A stretch of DNA of 57,141 nt, filler included, from Basidiobolus ranarum (lineage: Eukaryota), in assembly GCA_040143965.1 (NCBI GenBank). It is 3 parts of 3 records of this genome, joined end to end, with 100 filler letters (N's around TTAATTAATTAA, not from the genome) between each part and the next. Parts side by side here need not be neighbours in the genome. Positions count along the whole stretch, not along the records: positions 1 to 18,994 come from JASJQH010000260.1; positions 19,095 to 38,080 come from JASJQH010000261.1; 1 more part is not named here. The stretch is one strand, 5' to 3'. Numbering within the stretch: position 1 is the stretch's first letter; each line of letters opens with the position of its first letter. Below are positions 13,189 to 23,800 of this stretch, one piece after another. The notes beneath the pieces are model-generated. The model searched no databases. It saw only the letters and a program-made list of their open reading frames with translations, and was not told the DNA's origin. Made by a program: the position numbers and the translations under genes.

Positions 13189-13979
13189 TTTCTTTCCCTA
13201 ATGCACAATCAACATCTCATCTATTTTAATCTTACAATCATGACTGTTTGCCTTAGAAATAAACTTGATAAAAGTAGTATCTGTGATGCATGAGTAATTA
13301 CATGACTGTTGAAAGAATACCAAGTAATATTAAATCTTCAATTACTGGAGAGTTTTGAACTTACCAAACGAAAAAGGCTTAAACATCTATGAAATAGGAA
13401 TAAAAGAGCAAAAGATTTTCTTTGAACAACTGGATGTAAGCCACCAAATGTTAAATTCTGCCTGGCTGCTTGAAAACTGTAGCTTCAAGTGAGATATATC
13501 TGTTGGATATCTTTTGATATTCTGAACAGATAGAACTGTTACCGAGATAGTTAGATAGAAAATATACTTGCCAAACATGGTTTCGTTATATTAAATCTAT
13601 TTGACGATTAAAATTTACCACCCATAAATTAATCTAAATCCGAGAATTAGTAATTAGATCCAGACAGAAAAAAGCAAATATGCCACCTACTTTCTATTTA
13701 CCATCAGCAATCCTTAACTAATTCACTACGCTTGAGTTAAAATCAAGATAGTGAGACATATTAAACAGGTATTAGTTCTATGTTAGTCTCATTCATCCAA
13801 TGCAACAGCATAAAATGGAACCTTTCGAATACCCAAATAGACTTCTAAACTAGATCTCCAAATGTAACTGACAAAGACTAAGTATGCAAAGAGGATTTAT
13901 TTATAACTATAAACATGACAAAGGAAAGGGAAAACTATTTAATAGAAGAACTATATTCTTGCTTGAAGAGGCCAGGAGA

Positions 13980-14669
13980 TTAGGCGGTGGGATTGATCAT
14001 ATGACTGGTCATAGTATCCTCCGTTCTATCATTTCTAATGCCTTTATACTCTGGTCGATATCCGTGGATTGAGTGGAATACACAGTTGCCCGATCTCCGG
14101 GCCTCACTAGTGTCTTCGCAGAACGTTTCGCAACTCTCGATAGGAGGAGTGTAGAGGTGAAGTGAAATTGCTTTTTTCACTGGAGAAGCATTTGCCACGC
14201 GATGGAGTCCTATCTGGTCAGATATGTATGCGACTTGGTCACGCTCGTATACAGTTTTCTGCGACAAGCTCATGGGTTGGGATTTATGAGATTCTCCATC
14301 GATCTGGCTCTCATCAAAGTTTTCAGGCCAGTGATATTGGCTTTCAACGAGTTCGCCATCAAGAATCTTCATTACACAATGACTACCGGCATGATTGTGA
14401 ATGGGACTTTGTTGGCCTTCACTCCAACAAAGCACAATGAGATTGAATTGACCATTACCATCGTCTACCAAGTTTCTGGTATATTTGTACTTATCGAAGA
14501 GTGCGTATTTTTCCCAGTCAGAGGCGTTGGATTGGTAATTGTTCATGATTTCCATTACACGATTGACATCGACATTTGCCGAGTCGAGGCCGTCATCCCC
14601 AAGCTCATTGCGAACTGCTTTTACAAGTTCAGACATGTTCTTGGGTACTGGGATTGAGCTTGTTGACAT
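13980..14669 (-). CDS. CDO1: Cysteine dioxygenase type I, copy A
   Basis: YTRNLVD, SPIHNHAGSHC, GLHRV, SLHLYTPP (3-His site plus the Cys/Tyr crosslink residues). Likely ATG is 14669; the ORF-track start is a TTG. Confidence 0.93.
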   Translation of the reverse strand: MSTSSIPVPKNMSELVKAVRNELGDDGLDSANVDVNRVMEIMNNYQSNASDWEKYALFDKYKYTRNLVDDGNGQFNLIVLCWSEGQQSPIHNHAGSHCVMKILDGELVESQYHWPENFDESQIDGESHKSQPMSLSQKTVYERDQVAYISDQIGLHRVANASPVKKAISLHLYTPPIESCETFCEDTSEARRSGNCVFHSIHGYRPEYKGIRNDRTEDTMTSHMINPTA

Positions 14670-14855
14670 CGTTGTAGGTAGTGAAATGACTAATAAGGTA
14701 CTGGTCAGAGTTGATATGCGGTACTGAAGATGCAACCATATTACTATTTATACTGACACAAGATGTTTCTGTTTGCTATTGTAGATATCTTCATCCGTAA
14801 AGATCCTTTGACATGTCATGTGGCAAAAAGTGCGGCAATACCACCTAGTCACAGC

Positions 14856-14883
14856 ACGCCATAAGGCGCAAAGTTCTATTGGT
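14856..14883 (-). promoter_or_regulatory. Upstream block of CDO copy A (CCAAT box plus ATGGCG element)
   Basis: Plus-strand ACGCCATAAGGCGCAAAGTTCTATTGGT aligns to 16376-16404 at a similar distance from the paralog ATG. Confidence 0.45.
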
Positions 14884-15506
14884 CGCATGATTACAATTTA
14901 TGACACCGGCGGCACTTGAACAAGTTACTCATAATTGGCTTAAAAGAGTAAATTTGGGTAATAAATATTAGCAGATCCCGTATAGAATTCATATAGTAAC
15001 TGTAAAATAACTCGGCTTCAATCCACCCTTATAGAAATATCGAGTTTCCGGATCAGAAATTTCATTGTTTAATACCAGGTGAGTGGTGTGTGACAGAGCG
15101 TTCATTGGTGCAAAAGTATGAGCTCATATTGCGCAAGAGGATGCAGAGTTCTGATTAGTTCAGGAGAATGTCGTGGATGCTATGCAACCGCTGAGAAACC
15201 ATACACACCATTGGGCATGTTCCTGCTATCTTCTATCAAGTAGCACAGTAATATCCTCTTTCTACTAGAATTGTTTCAGTTGGTATATCGAATGATTTGT
15301 CAATGTTTAAAAAGCAAATCAATTGATAGTTTGGGTGGCGTGACAATGAATGCAAAATAATTTTGAATAACTTGTGTTTATTTGCAAATATGTATAATTG
15401 TTTACTCTAAAAGGAAGTAAAATGGGGTATCTGTACTAGAATATATAAAATTGAAAGACAAAATAACATTGCATTTGAGCATACTATAAATACTATTTCT
15501 ACCAAA

Positions 15507-16199
15507 TTAGGCAGTGGGCATGATCATACGACTGATCATCTCATCCTCCTGAGGGTTACTTTCGGTACATTTATACTCTGGTCGATGTCCGTGGATTGAG
15601 TGGAATACACAGTTGCCGGCTTTCCGGGCCACACTGGTGTCTTCGCAGAAGGTATTGCAACTCTTGATAGGAGGGGTGTAGAGGTGAAGTGAAATTGCTT
15701 TTTTCACTGGAGAAGCATTTGCCACGCGATGAAGCCCTATCTGGTCAGACATATACGTGACTTGGTCGCGCTCGTACACTGTTTTCTGCAACAAGCTCAT
15801 GGGTTGAGAGTTGTGAGATTCTCCATCGATCTGGCTCTCATCAAAGTTTTCAGGCCAGTGGTATTGGCTTTCAGTGAGTTCGCCATCAAGAATTTTCATC
15901 ACACAGTGACTACCGGCATGATCGTGGATGGGGCTTTGCTGACCCTCACCCCAACAGAGCACCAAAAGGTTGAATTGACCATTACCATCGTCTACCAAGT
16001 TTCTGGTATATTTGTACTTATCGAAGAGTGCGTATTTTTCCCAGTCAGAGGCGTTGGATTGATAATTGTTCATGAGCTTAATTACACGATTGACATCGAC
16101 ATTTACGGAGTCAAGGCCATCGTCCCCAAGCTCACTACGAACTGCTTTGACTAACTCGGACATATTCTTTGGCGAAGGAACTGGGTTTGATGACATCAT
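15507..16199 (-). CDS. CDO1: Cysteine dioxygenase type I, copy B
   Basis: Same motifs with canonical HDH (SPIHDHAGSHC); direct tandem duplicate of copy A. Confidence 0.93.
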   Translation of the reverse strand: MMSSNPVPSPKNMSELVKAVRSELGDDGLDSVNVDVNRVIKLMNNYQSNASDWEKYALFDKYKYTRNLVDDGNGQFNLLVLCWGEGQQSPIHDHAGSHCVMKILDGELTESQYHWPENFDESQIDGESHNSQPMSLLQKTVYERDQVTYMSDQIGLHRVANASPVKKAISLHLYTPPIKSCNTFCEDTSVARKAGNCVFHSIHGHRPEYKCTESNPQEDEMISRMIMPTA

Positions 16200-16375
16200 T
16201 TTGAATGGATTATTGTCTTGCTGTTAAAGAAAGAGTGGTCGACTTGAAGGAAGTACTAATGAGAGATTGGGGGAACATAAGCTGCACTTTTATACTCCAC
16301 GGTGTTGGTCACGGTACCAAAACAGTAGTATAAAGTAATTTCCCATGGCTGTATTCAACGCATCAACATCATATT

Positions 16376-16404
16376 ACGCCATATTACGCAAAGTTACGAT
16401 TGGT
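16376..16404 (-). promoter_or_regulatory. Upstream block of CDO copy B
   Basis: Plus-strand ACGCCATATTACGCAAAGTTACGATTGGT; matches 14856-14883. Confidence 0.45.
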
Positions 16405-17659
16405 TGAAAGACATGCCTAATGTACATCCTGAGTCCACCATGTTTTCGCATGTTTTGTAGAACCATGATTGACTCTAAAATCACCATTTCAGGGATGAAA
16501 AGTTCCCTTCCTAAACGAAGTTCTCACAAGACCAACAGTTGCTTCATTCCCAAATCTGGTAGGGGCGAAGGAAATTTCAACAAACCAACCAACTGTTGCA
16601 TCCCAGAACTGTTGCATACCAGAATACTTACAAAAAGGGACCAACACTAGGTGTCCCCATTTTCAACCAAGTGTACGTAGTCATCTGCAAACTCCAGGTT
16701 GTCCATGCATAACTCTGAGAGCACCATGTGTAATATAATAACGCTCTCACCCACCATGAATATGAGTCAGAGTTCATTATAGAGGCATTCCACCAATAAA
16801 TTCTTTTGGTGTTCTGAGACAATCAGAGAAGCATCCATACAATTAAGGCTTGCTTGTAGCATATCATCAAGCTGAGTTACATCCGCCTCTCTCTTGGCAA
16901 TTGCTGCTCGCGTTCATCTCTACTGAAAAGAGCGGAATGCTGCTACCTCCATTTACAAGTAGAGATACACGCCTATTTACCCATCGCTTTAAGGTGAGTT
17001 TCATTGAACCAGTTATGACACTATCCTGATCAAAGTTACAAATATTGAGCTAGTTTCTTGTAATCACAACAAATGAATGCAAGGTTGTCGCAAATCACTG
17101 TTTTCCTATAATTCATATTCATGATGGTTGGTCTTGCTTGTGGAGATACTGTTGGTGTGGCGAGACTGTAGTGGTTGTGCCTATTACCAAAATAATCTTA
17201 GTTTACAGATGTTGTCTATTATATGTCATGTCTTCTGTCTGGAACATTACGGGTCAGAATGAACTGAAACCCACTTATTTTACTGCCACTAGAAATACCC
17301 ACGAATGAAAGTCAGTTTTTGTATTTTAAGGAGGTGCATGTAGTTTATCTAATTTTGATGAACATTGTCAACATCTGTTATATGGTACGTTCATATTACT
17401 TGGATGATTTTTTCACCAGACCTTTGGCTGATATTATCAAAAGATGGTCTGCTTTCCATTTATGCTTGAATCCATACCTACTCAGTTTTCATTATAGAGT
17501 GAAAGTTCCGTTCATTTTTCCATGCTCAGCTGTTCAAAGAATGAGCACTAGTGTACTGTCACCTACACCTTAATCTTCTTTATTAGCTTGTATAAGTTTG
17601 CATGCGGTAGTTGAAAGGCAACATTCAAAAGATAACTCCCTAATGGTGCTTTCCATGAA

Positions 17660-18650
17660 ATAATATTGATGATCACGGGGTGCTTCTACCATTTATTTGC
17701 TCAGTTCAATCAACGACATGGATATATCCATATATGCTAGTAGCATTGAATGTAGAGCCAGGAAACTAAACCCAGCGATACCGTTTGTCAAAAAGCATAT
17801 TATTGCCTAATGTTTCATCCTATATTGCTGGTTTATTTGATAAAAATATATATTTTACTATTATGATTCGACATACTCAATATATCAATGACTATGATAT
17901 GTCCTTAGTATGCTTGTGACCTCCATGTGATCATTCCATATGCTATGCTAACAGGCATGCTCCATTTTGTTCAGTGAAAAGCCGCTTTGTGTATGTTACT
18001 TGAGTACTTACTCTTGCATGTGTATTGCTTATTTTGACACAATCTTCAAGCATGATCAATCTCCAATGATTTCATAAAATCCACCGGGACAATTTCACCA
18101 CTAACACTTGTGAAGGCATATTTGGACTGGTCAAAAAATGTTAGCACAAACAATGAGTCTGATACAATATGCTCTGAAGTAAGGGTTCACTTCTGATTAT
18201 TTAGGATGAGCTGGATGCGTCTAGGATAATTAGAAGAAATATACAATTTTTACTAAATATTTTATCAAATTGAAAGTGAGTACTTTTACATATGTTCAAA
18301 ATGAAAAAAATATTGGAAGGTCTGGTCATAGTGTGGATACGCTTTGTACTTAAAGATAACTTCTGATACCGTTTTAGTATGCTTAGAACTTTTACATAAA
18401 TAAATGATATTGCACTTTAACCAGAAACAGTCAAGCCCTTCTTTGTTATGCCTGGATCCTTTAACAAGATCCTTCTTAAAGTAGAGACATGGTACAACAC
18501 TTGATAAGTTGAATTTGATAGTTTTTGGCTTCTTTCAGATAGTTTGTGACACAGCTATTCAATATTTTGGTGCTGAGCTTTTGCTATATGTGCACATTAA
18601 ATTCACATGTTGATGTAGTGCTAACAGAGGTTGAAGCTTAATATACTGCT
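17660..18650. mobile_element. Decayed internal segment of a repeat/transposon family
   Basis: Patchy similarity to 34470-35080 in reverse (e.g. CTAGGATAATTAGAAGAAATAT vs TTAGGATAATTAGAGAAATAT) and to 33780-33940 on the same strand; no intact ORF. Confidence 0.5.
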
Positions 18651-18994
18651 AAAAGTACAATTAGTTTTGGGAAAATAGGGGCTGTTCAGAGACACTTCAA
18701 AAGGTGGAATTGTGATTAACTTGTTCAATAATTATTTATTCACCAGAGATAAAGCATTTGTACTATTTGATAGAGTTGCAGAAAACTAATGCTGGGCTGC
18801 ATTTGAAGCATCTGTGGAAGTAAATATATGTAGTGGGTATTCTTTTTTCTACAATATCCTACTCATGCTGCAACACAAACATTTAAAGAAGCCTGGCTAT
18901 TATTGTCCCAAATTCATGTGCTACGAAAGCCAGAGGCTTAATAGAAAAAATAATCACATTCATGGTCACTGTACAAAGCCACCAGCTGCTCAAA

Positions 18995-19094
18995 NNNNNN
19001 NNNNNNNNNNNNNNNNNNNNNNNNNNNNNNNNNNNNNNTTAATTAATTAANNNNNNNNNNNNNNNNNNNNNNNNNNNNNNNNNNNNNNNNNNNN
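18995..19094. other. Assembly gap with artificial stop-codon linker
   Basis: 44 N + TTAATTAATTAA + 44 N. Confidence 0.98.
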
Positions 19095-19228
19095 ATGAAT
19101 AGGCCTATACTAGCCCAATTGCCATTTGCTTGCAAAAACCCAGGATAAGCCACATGAAATAAGTCAAGAACCTTCAGAGTAACGCCTGGTTTTTGGTTTT
19201 TCCACAATTGACTCAAATCCAGGTGATT

Positions 19229-19819
19229 TCAGGCAAGCTTCTGCACAGTTTCCAAGATGTTAAACCACTGATCATCACGGCAAGTGATGGCAGCTCTGAC
19301 ATTCAGAGTCTTTTGGTTTGCTGGTTTTCCTATGAGATTTCTACTTTTGTGTGCCCAAGCAACTTTGGGTTGTTGTGTAGGCTTAATGGTCCAACACATA
19401 TTCTGCTCTGCCAGATTGTCACAGTTATGTTTGTATGTATGGTGTTGTATTGACTGAAATCCCACATGAGAATGGATGGAGAGAGCAGCATGTTGCTGTA
19501 GCTCAAGTACAGCATTCTGAAGGTCTTGTATCATTGTTGAGTGACTCTCTAACTGTTGACTAGTTGCTTCCAAATGCTGCATTAATTGTAATATTGCGGC
19601 GTTATTGCTTGTCATGGCCTGTATAGCAACTTCATAGTTTTTACTTATGATTTCATACAAATTGTTATGGTGTTCTGCCTGCAATTCCCTTATTGTAATA
19701 ATTCTATCCAAAATTTTTACAGAGGGTTGTTCAATAGTGGGTAAAGTAGCCATTATGGAAGTTGATAGTCTTGCTGGTGTTTCAGTTGAACTTTGCTCAA
19801 CTATTGATTTACTATGCAA
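19229..19819 (-). CDS. Hypothetical coiled-coil ORF, probably transposon-derived
   Basis: 196-aa ORF with a heptad-like stretch (LQLMQHLEATSQQLESHSTMIQDLQNAVLELQQ); it reads inward from the TIR-like repeat at 19945-20262. Confidence 0.35.
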   Translation of the reverse strand: MHSKSIVEQSSTETPARLSTSIMATLPTIEQPSVKILDRIITIRELQAEHHNNLYEIISKNYEVAIQAMTSNNAAILQLMQHLEATSQQLESHSTMIQDLQNAVLELQQHAALSIHSHVGFQSIQHHTYKHNCDNLAEQNMCWTIKPTQQPKVAWAHKSRNLIGKPANQKTLNVRAAITCRDDQWFNILETVQKLA

Positions 19820-19944
19820 TTGGGGGATTACAATCTCTTCACTTACAATATAGGATAACCAAATATTAGGCTACACATGAGTATATAATTCAACCGGTAA
19901 TGCTAATTTCAGCAGCAATGAAATTAATACAGTTGAGTGATTTT

Positions 19945-20262
19945 CCAATTATTGGAGGTGACTTGAGAAATAGAAGAATTTGTTGATTACACTTGTTAGT
20001 TTGTTGAGTGGAAAGTTGACATTTATAGCTTTTTCAAGCAGTAAACAAACAGATCTGTAGAAAGTTCTAAGAGAGGCCCCAGGAACATTTAGGTGGTATT
20101 TAGGGCCTGCAGCATATGTTTTTAAGATCTATATATCTTCAAACTTTGAGGAAAATTTCAGTTGAGAATAGTGAGGAGATATCTTAGTGAAATATGGAAT
20201 AACTAAGTACTATGCAATATATGACTATACAGATACCTAGGCTATGTTAATTTCAACAATTA
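19945..20262 (+). repeat. Copy of ~320-bp TIR-like repeat
   Basis: Shares TTGAGTGGAAAGTTGAC, GATATCTTAGT and ATATATGACTATA with 34140-34463; inverted relative to 33283-33625 and 57039-57141. Confidence 0.8.
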
Positions 20263-20888
20263 CATCAGTAACACAGCTAACCAAATATCATAAATGTATC
20301 TAGAAGTGTAGAATATTTAGTTTGGTGAAATAAGCAGATTACTAAGCCCCTGGAGAAATAGCTCTATATTGATACTTCCAGGTCTTGAAGTGTTACATGA
20401 AACATTGTAGCTGCTTATCAATGATAGCTTTTCAGCCAGAACAGCAAACAATATAGTAGCATTACAATGGTGAACATAGCAAAACTATGAAATACCGAGG
20501 GAACTACTACTGCTATTAAGTAATCAGAATATTACAACAAGCATCAGGAGTTAAAATTACCCAGAATAGTGTACCAAGAAGTACACGGAGTGGCTGAGAT
20601 CAACCTTAAATCTGATACCAGTCGTGACTAGTTACCAAGTATTTAGAGCCAAAGTAACTGTATTATTCATACTCCTATGCATAAAGCACTTCTTGAAAGT
20701 AAAATAACTAGGGTTAATTACCAATGTTTAATTAAACTAATGATGCCTCGAATTTTAGTTTTAATGGCAGTAGTTGTTGGACTACGTATTGAAATATATA
20801 ATCGGAGAAGAGTTAAAAAATAGAGAAACTTAAAATATGGGAAGAAATCTAGTCGGAACTGACTATAAATTGAAATAGATTAAAAATT

Positions 20889-23800
20889 CTAGTATCTAGA
20901 TTCTTTGTCTTCAAGATCGCCTAGATCCAAAATGCGCAAATCAGTTGGTTTCTTGAATGAATCCACGTTCTCAGAGCCTTCTTTGCTGGAATCTACCTTT
21001 GTGGAGGTTTCCGGAACTTTTCTAGCCGAGACGGAGACTCCAGACGTCAGATCATAGTCATCAGTATTATCATTGAACTCAGTGGCATCTTCTATAGCCA
21101 TTAATTTCTTGGCTTCCATCTCATTGTACATAAGATCTCCCATATTGTTTGTACTCGAAGGTTCACTATTACTACCTTCTGGAGCTGGTGAAGAAGAAAA
21201 TTTCTCTACATCTCTCTTGGGAGAAACGTTACTTGGCCCATTGCCATAAGATCCTTTGCCTCCAATAGTACGTTCTTTATTTAGGTTATAGCCGAAGTCG
21301 TCAGGTGGAGATTCAAGCCCTTCCAGCAGATTAAAATCTGGCTCGCTATCGATATCAGTTGTTGCAACTTGTTTATCGAGATTATGACCGCTATCTTTCT
21401 CCTTTGTTGTGGCACAACTCCATTCCCCGGCCATATTCATTCTGCATGAACTAGAGTCCACTTCTGCTTTCCTGTTAGCGCGATCATTTTCCTGAGCATA
21501 ATTACTTACGATATTCTCTTCCAAATCGTTGATTGTCGTGGTCTTCGTATTATTTGTACAGACCCAGTCGCTTTTGCTGATATTGTATCTGCAGATTGTT
21601 GTCTTGACTGATTTTTGGCCAGTGTCGGTATTTATATACTCATCAACATATGTTCGATCCGCAGGAAGTTGGATAGTGTCCGTAAAAGGATCGGTACCAT
21701 TGAGGTCCTCAGTTTTATCGTGGCATACCCACTTTTGTAGCTCAGCATTAAAGCTGCAAATCTTAGTTCTCCGACGAACGAACCCAATGGCTGCTTCAAA
21801 GTACTCTTGTACGTAGACCCTGTCAGCCGGCAATAGACTGTATCCCACCTTTTCTGGAGGGATATGTATTGACTCTTTTACATTCTTATTACTCAAACCT
21901 ATCACTTCTTTGTCTTGATCAGGTCTATTGGTCTCATCTAGCTCTAGAGGGGTGGGTAGCTTCTCAGCTGGGACAGTTGTGTACACCCAGGACTGTGAAT
22001 AAGCATCGTACTTGCAAATCACCACTCGCCTCTCTGTCTGTTTGATGGTCTGGTCAACAAATTCGTAGATATAAACTCTATTTGGGACAGCCAGGTTCGT
22101 GTGTATTTCCGGCCAATAGAGATCCTGAATTCTTAGACCACTGTATAGAGTAAAATCGCGGGAATAGCCTGATCCGTCAGTTAGCAATGGCTTAAAACCG
22201 CCAAATCTCGATTGCCTGGTTTCGCATTCATAATTAGACTTTGCTCGGCAAACTTTGCTACTCTGCGTAATCTTTCCAGACGAAGAATCAAGATATATCT
22301 CAATGGTCTCCTTATCATCCGGAAGAATCTCCCTCTGGCTGAGCTGCCCATAGGTTGACCCGGTGTCCGTGATAGAGCATTCCCACGCCCCCTGATCCAC
22401 TCGATATGTGCATGTTTTGGCTCGCCTTTGGATACTATTTGTAATAGGATCTACATACTCCTGGTCATAGATTCTATCGCTAGGATAGTCTCTGTCTCCA
22501 GACAGATGGATTACTTCGATTTCTGTAGGGCCGGACAGTTTGATAGTATTTGTCCTGTCACTGCTAGGATTTATTTGAGCAATGTCCAAGGGCGAACTTA
22601 CAATATGGTCATTCGAAGTAGCACACTCCCACACGCTACTAACACTATTAAGACGACAGGCCATCAAACGTCTTCGGTACTTTCTACTTGGTTTATCTAA
22701 GTATTGATAGATGTAAACCCGCTGATGTGAAGATTTGCTGTCTGGCCAGTAAGTCGTCTCGATCCTGAAGTTACCGTGGACAATATCGTTTGCGTATTCC
22801 TGGTTTTCAAAATCTCTAGTAGTAGATCTTTGATCCAGCGGTCTCAAAGGCCTGTATCCATCGGATGAAACTCCACTCTCATTCATGCATTCTCGTTTGG
22901 AATATTCTGCAGAAAGCTTACACACCTTAGTGCTATACTTAATTGAACCTGTTGAAATGTCCACAAATTCGTTGATGACTGCTTCAACACCTGAATCACC
23001 TGGAGACTCATTATCATCCATTACCTTGTTGGTGCATTTGTAGCGTTTATCCTCAATATCCCAAGTACATATTTTGAGCTTTCGCTCTATTGTGTTTGAA
23101 GCATCATTCAAATACTCCTCAGTATAGACACGATTAGGCGGCAAGTATATGTTCGTAATGGATGTTCCTGGGTCAGAAATTTGTTGCTCTGGAGTAACAC
23201 TATCCCTGATTTCTTCTGTCCTACAATCTGTATCTCTGATATCAGCTCTCCAGACACATACTCTGAGACGACGCTTGGTACTTCCATCGGTTTTATCAAA
23301 GTACTCCTCTATATATCTCTGCTCAGGAGGAATCTCTTGAGGATGATATGTGCTAGGTTGTAGCAATTCATCCACAGAATCTCTCTTGATCGTGCAAGTA
23401 TAGTGGTTTTCATCGATATTCCATGAGCAATGCTGAAGTCTATGCAGGTATGTGCCAGCCTTAGTATCATAATACTCCTCGACATATTCTTGATCTGGAG
23501 GAAGATAGACGTCTACGACTTGCTCTTTTGGCGTGAATACCTTTTGTACGATTGTTTGGCCTGGAACATAAATCTTCTTGTAACTCGGAGGCACTTCTTG
23601 CTTGATTGTCTTATAGCCATATTTCTCAGGAATTCTGACCCCTTCTGTGACGGTCTTTCCCGGGATACGAATTTTAACGGTCTTAGTTCCACCAGGAGCG
23701 GTAAATTTAACATACCGATACTCGGCATTGGTTGGGACTTTGATCTTGACTGTTTTACCAGGGATTCGAATTTTCTTAATGATTTTTTTGTCAACAGGCA

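Noticed and set aside
19039-19050. TTAATTAATTAA palindrome (also at 38125-38136)
   Set aside because: Artificial all-frame stop linker inside N gaps.
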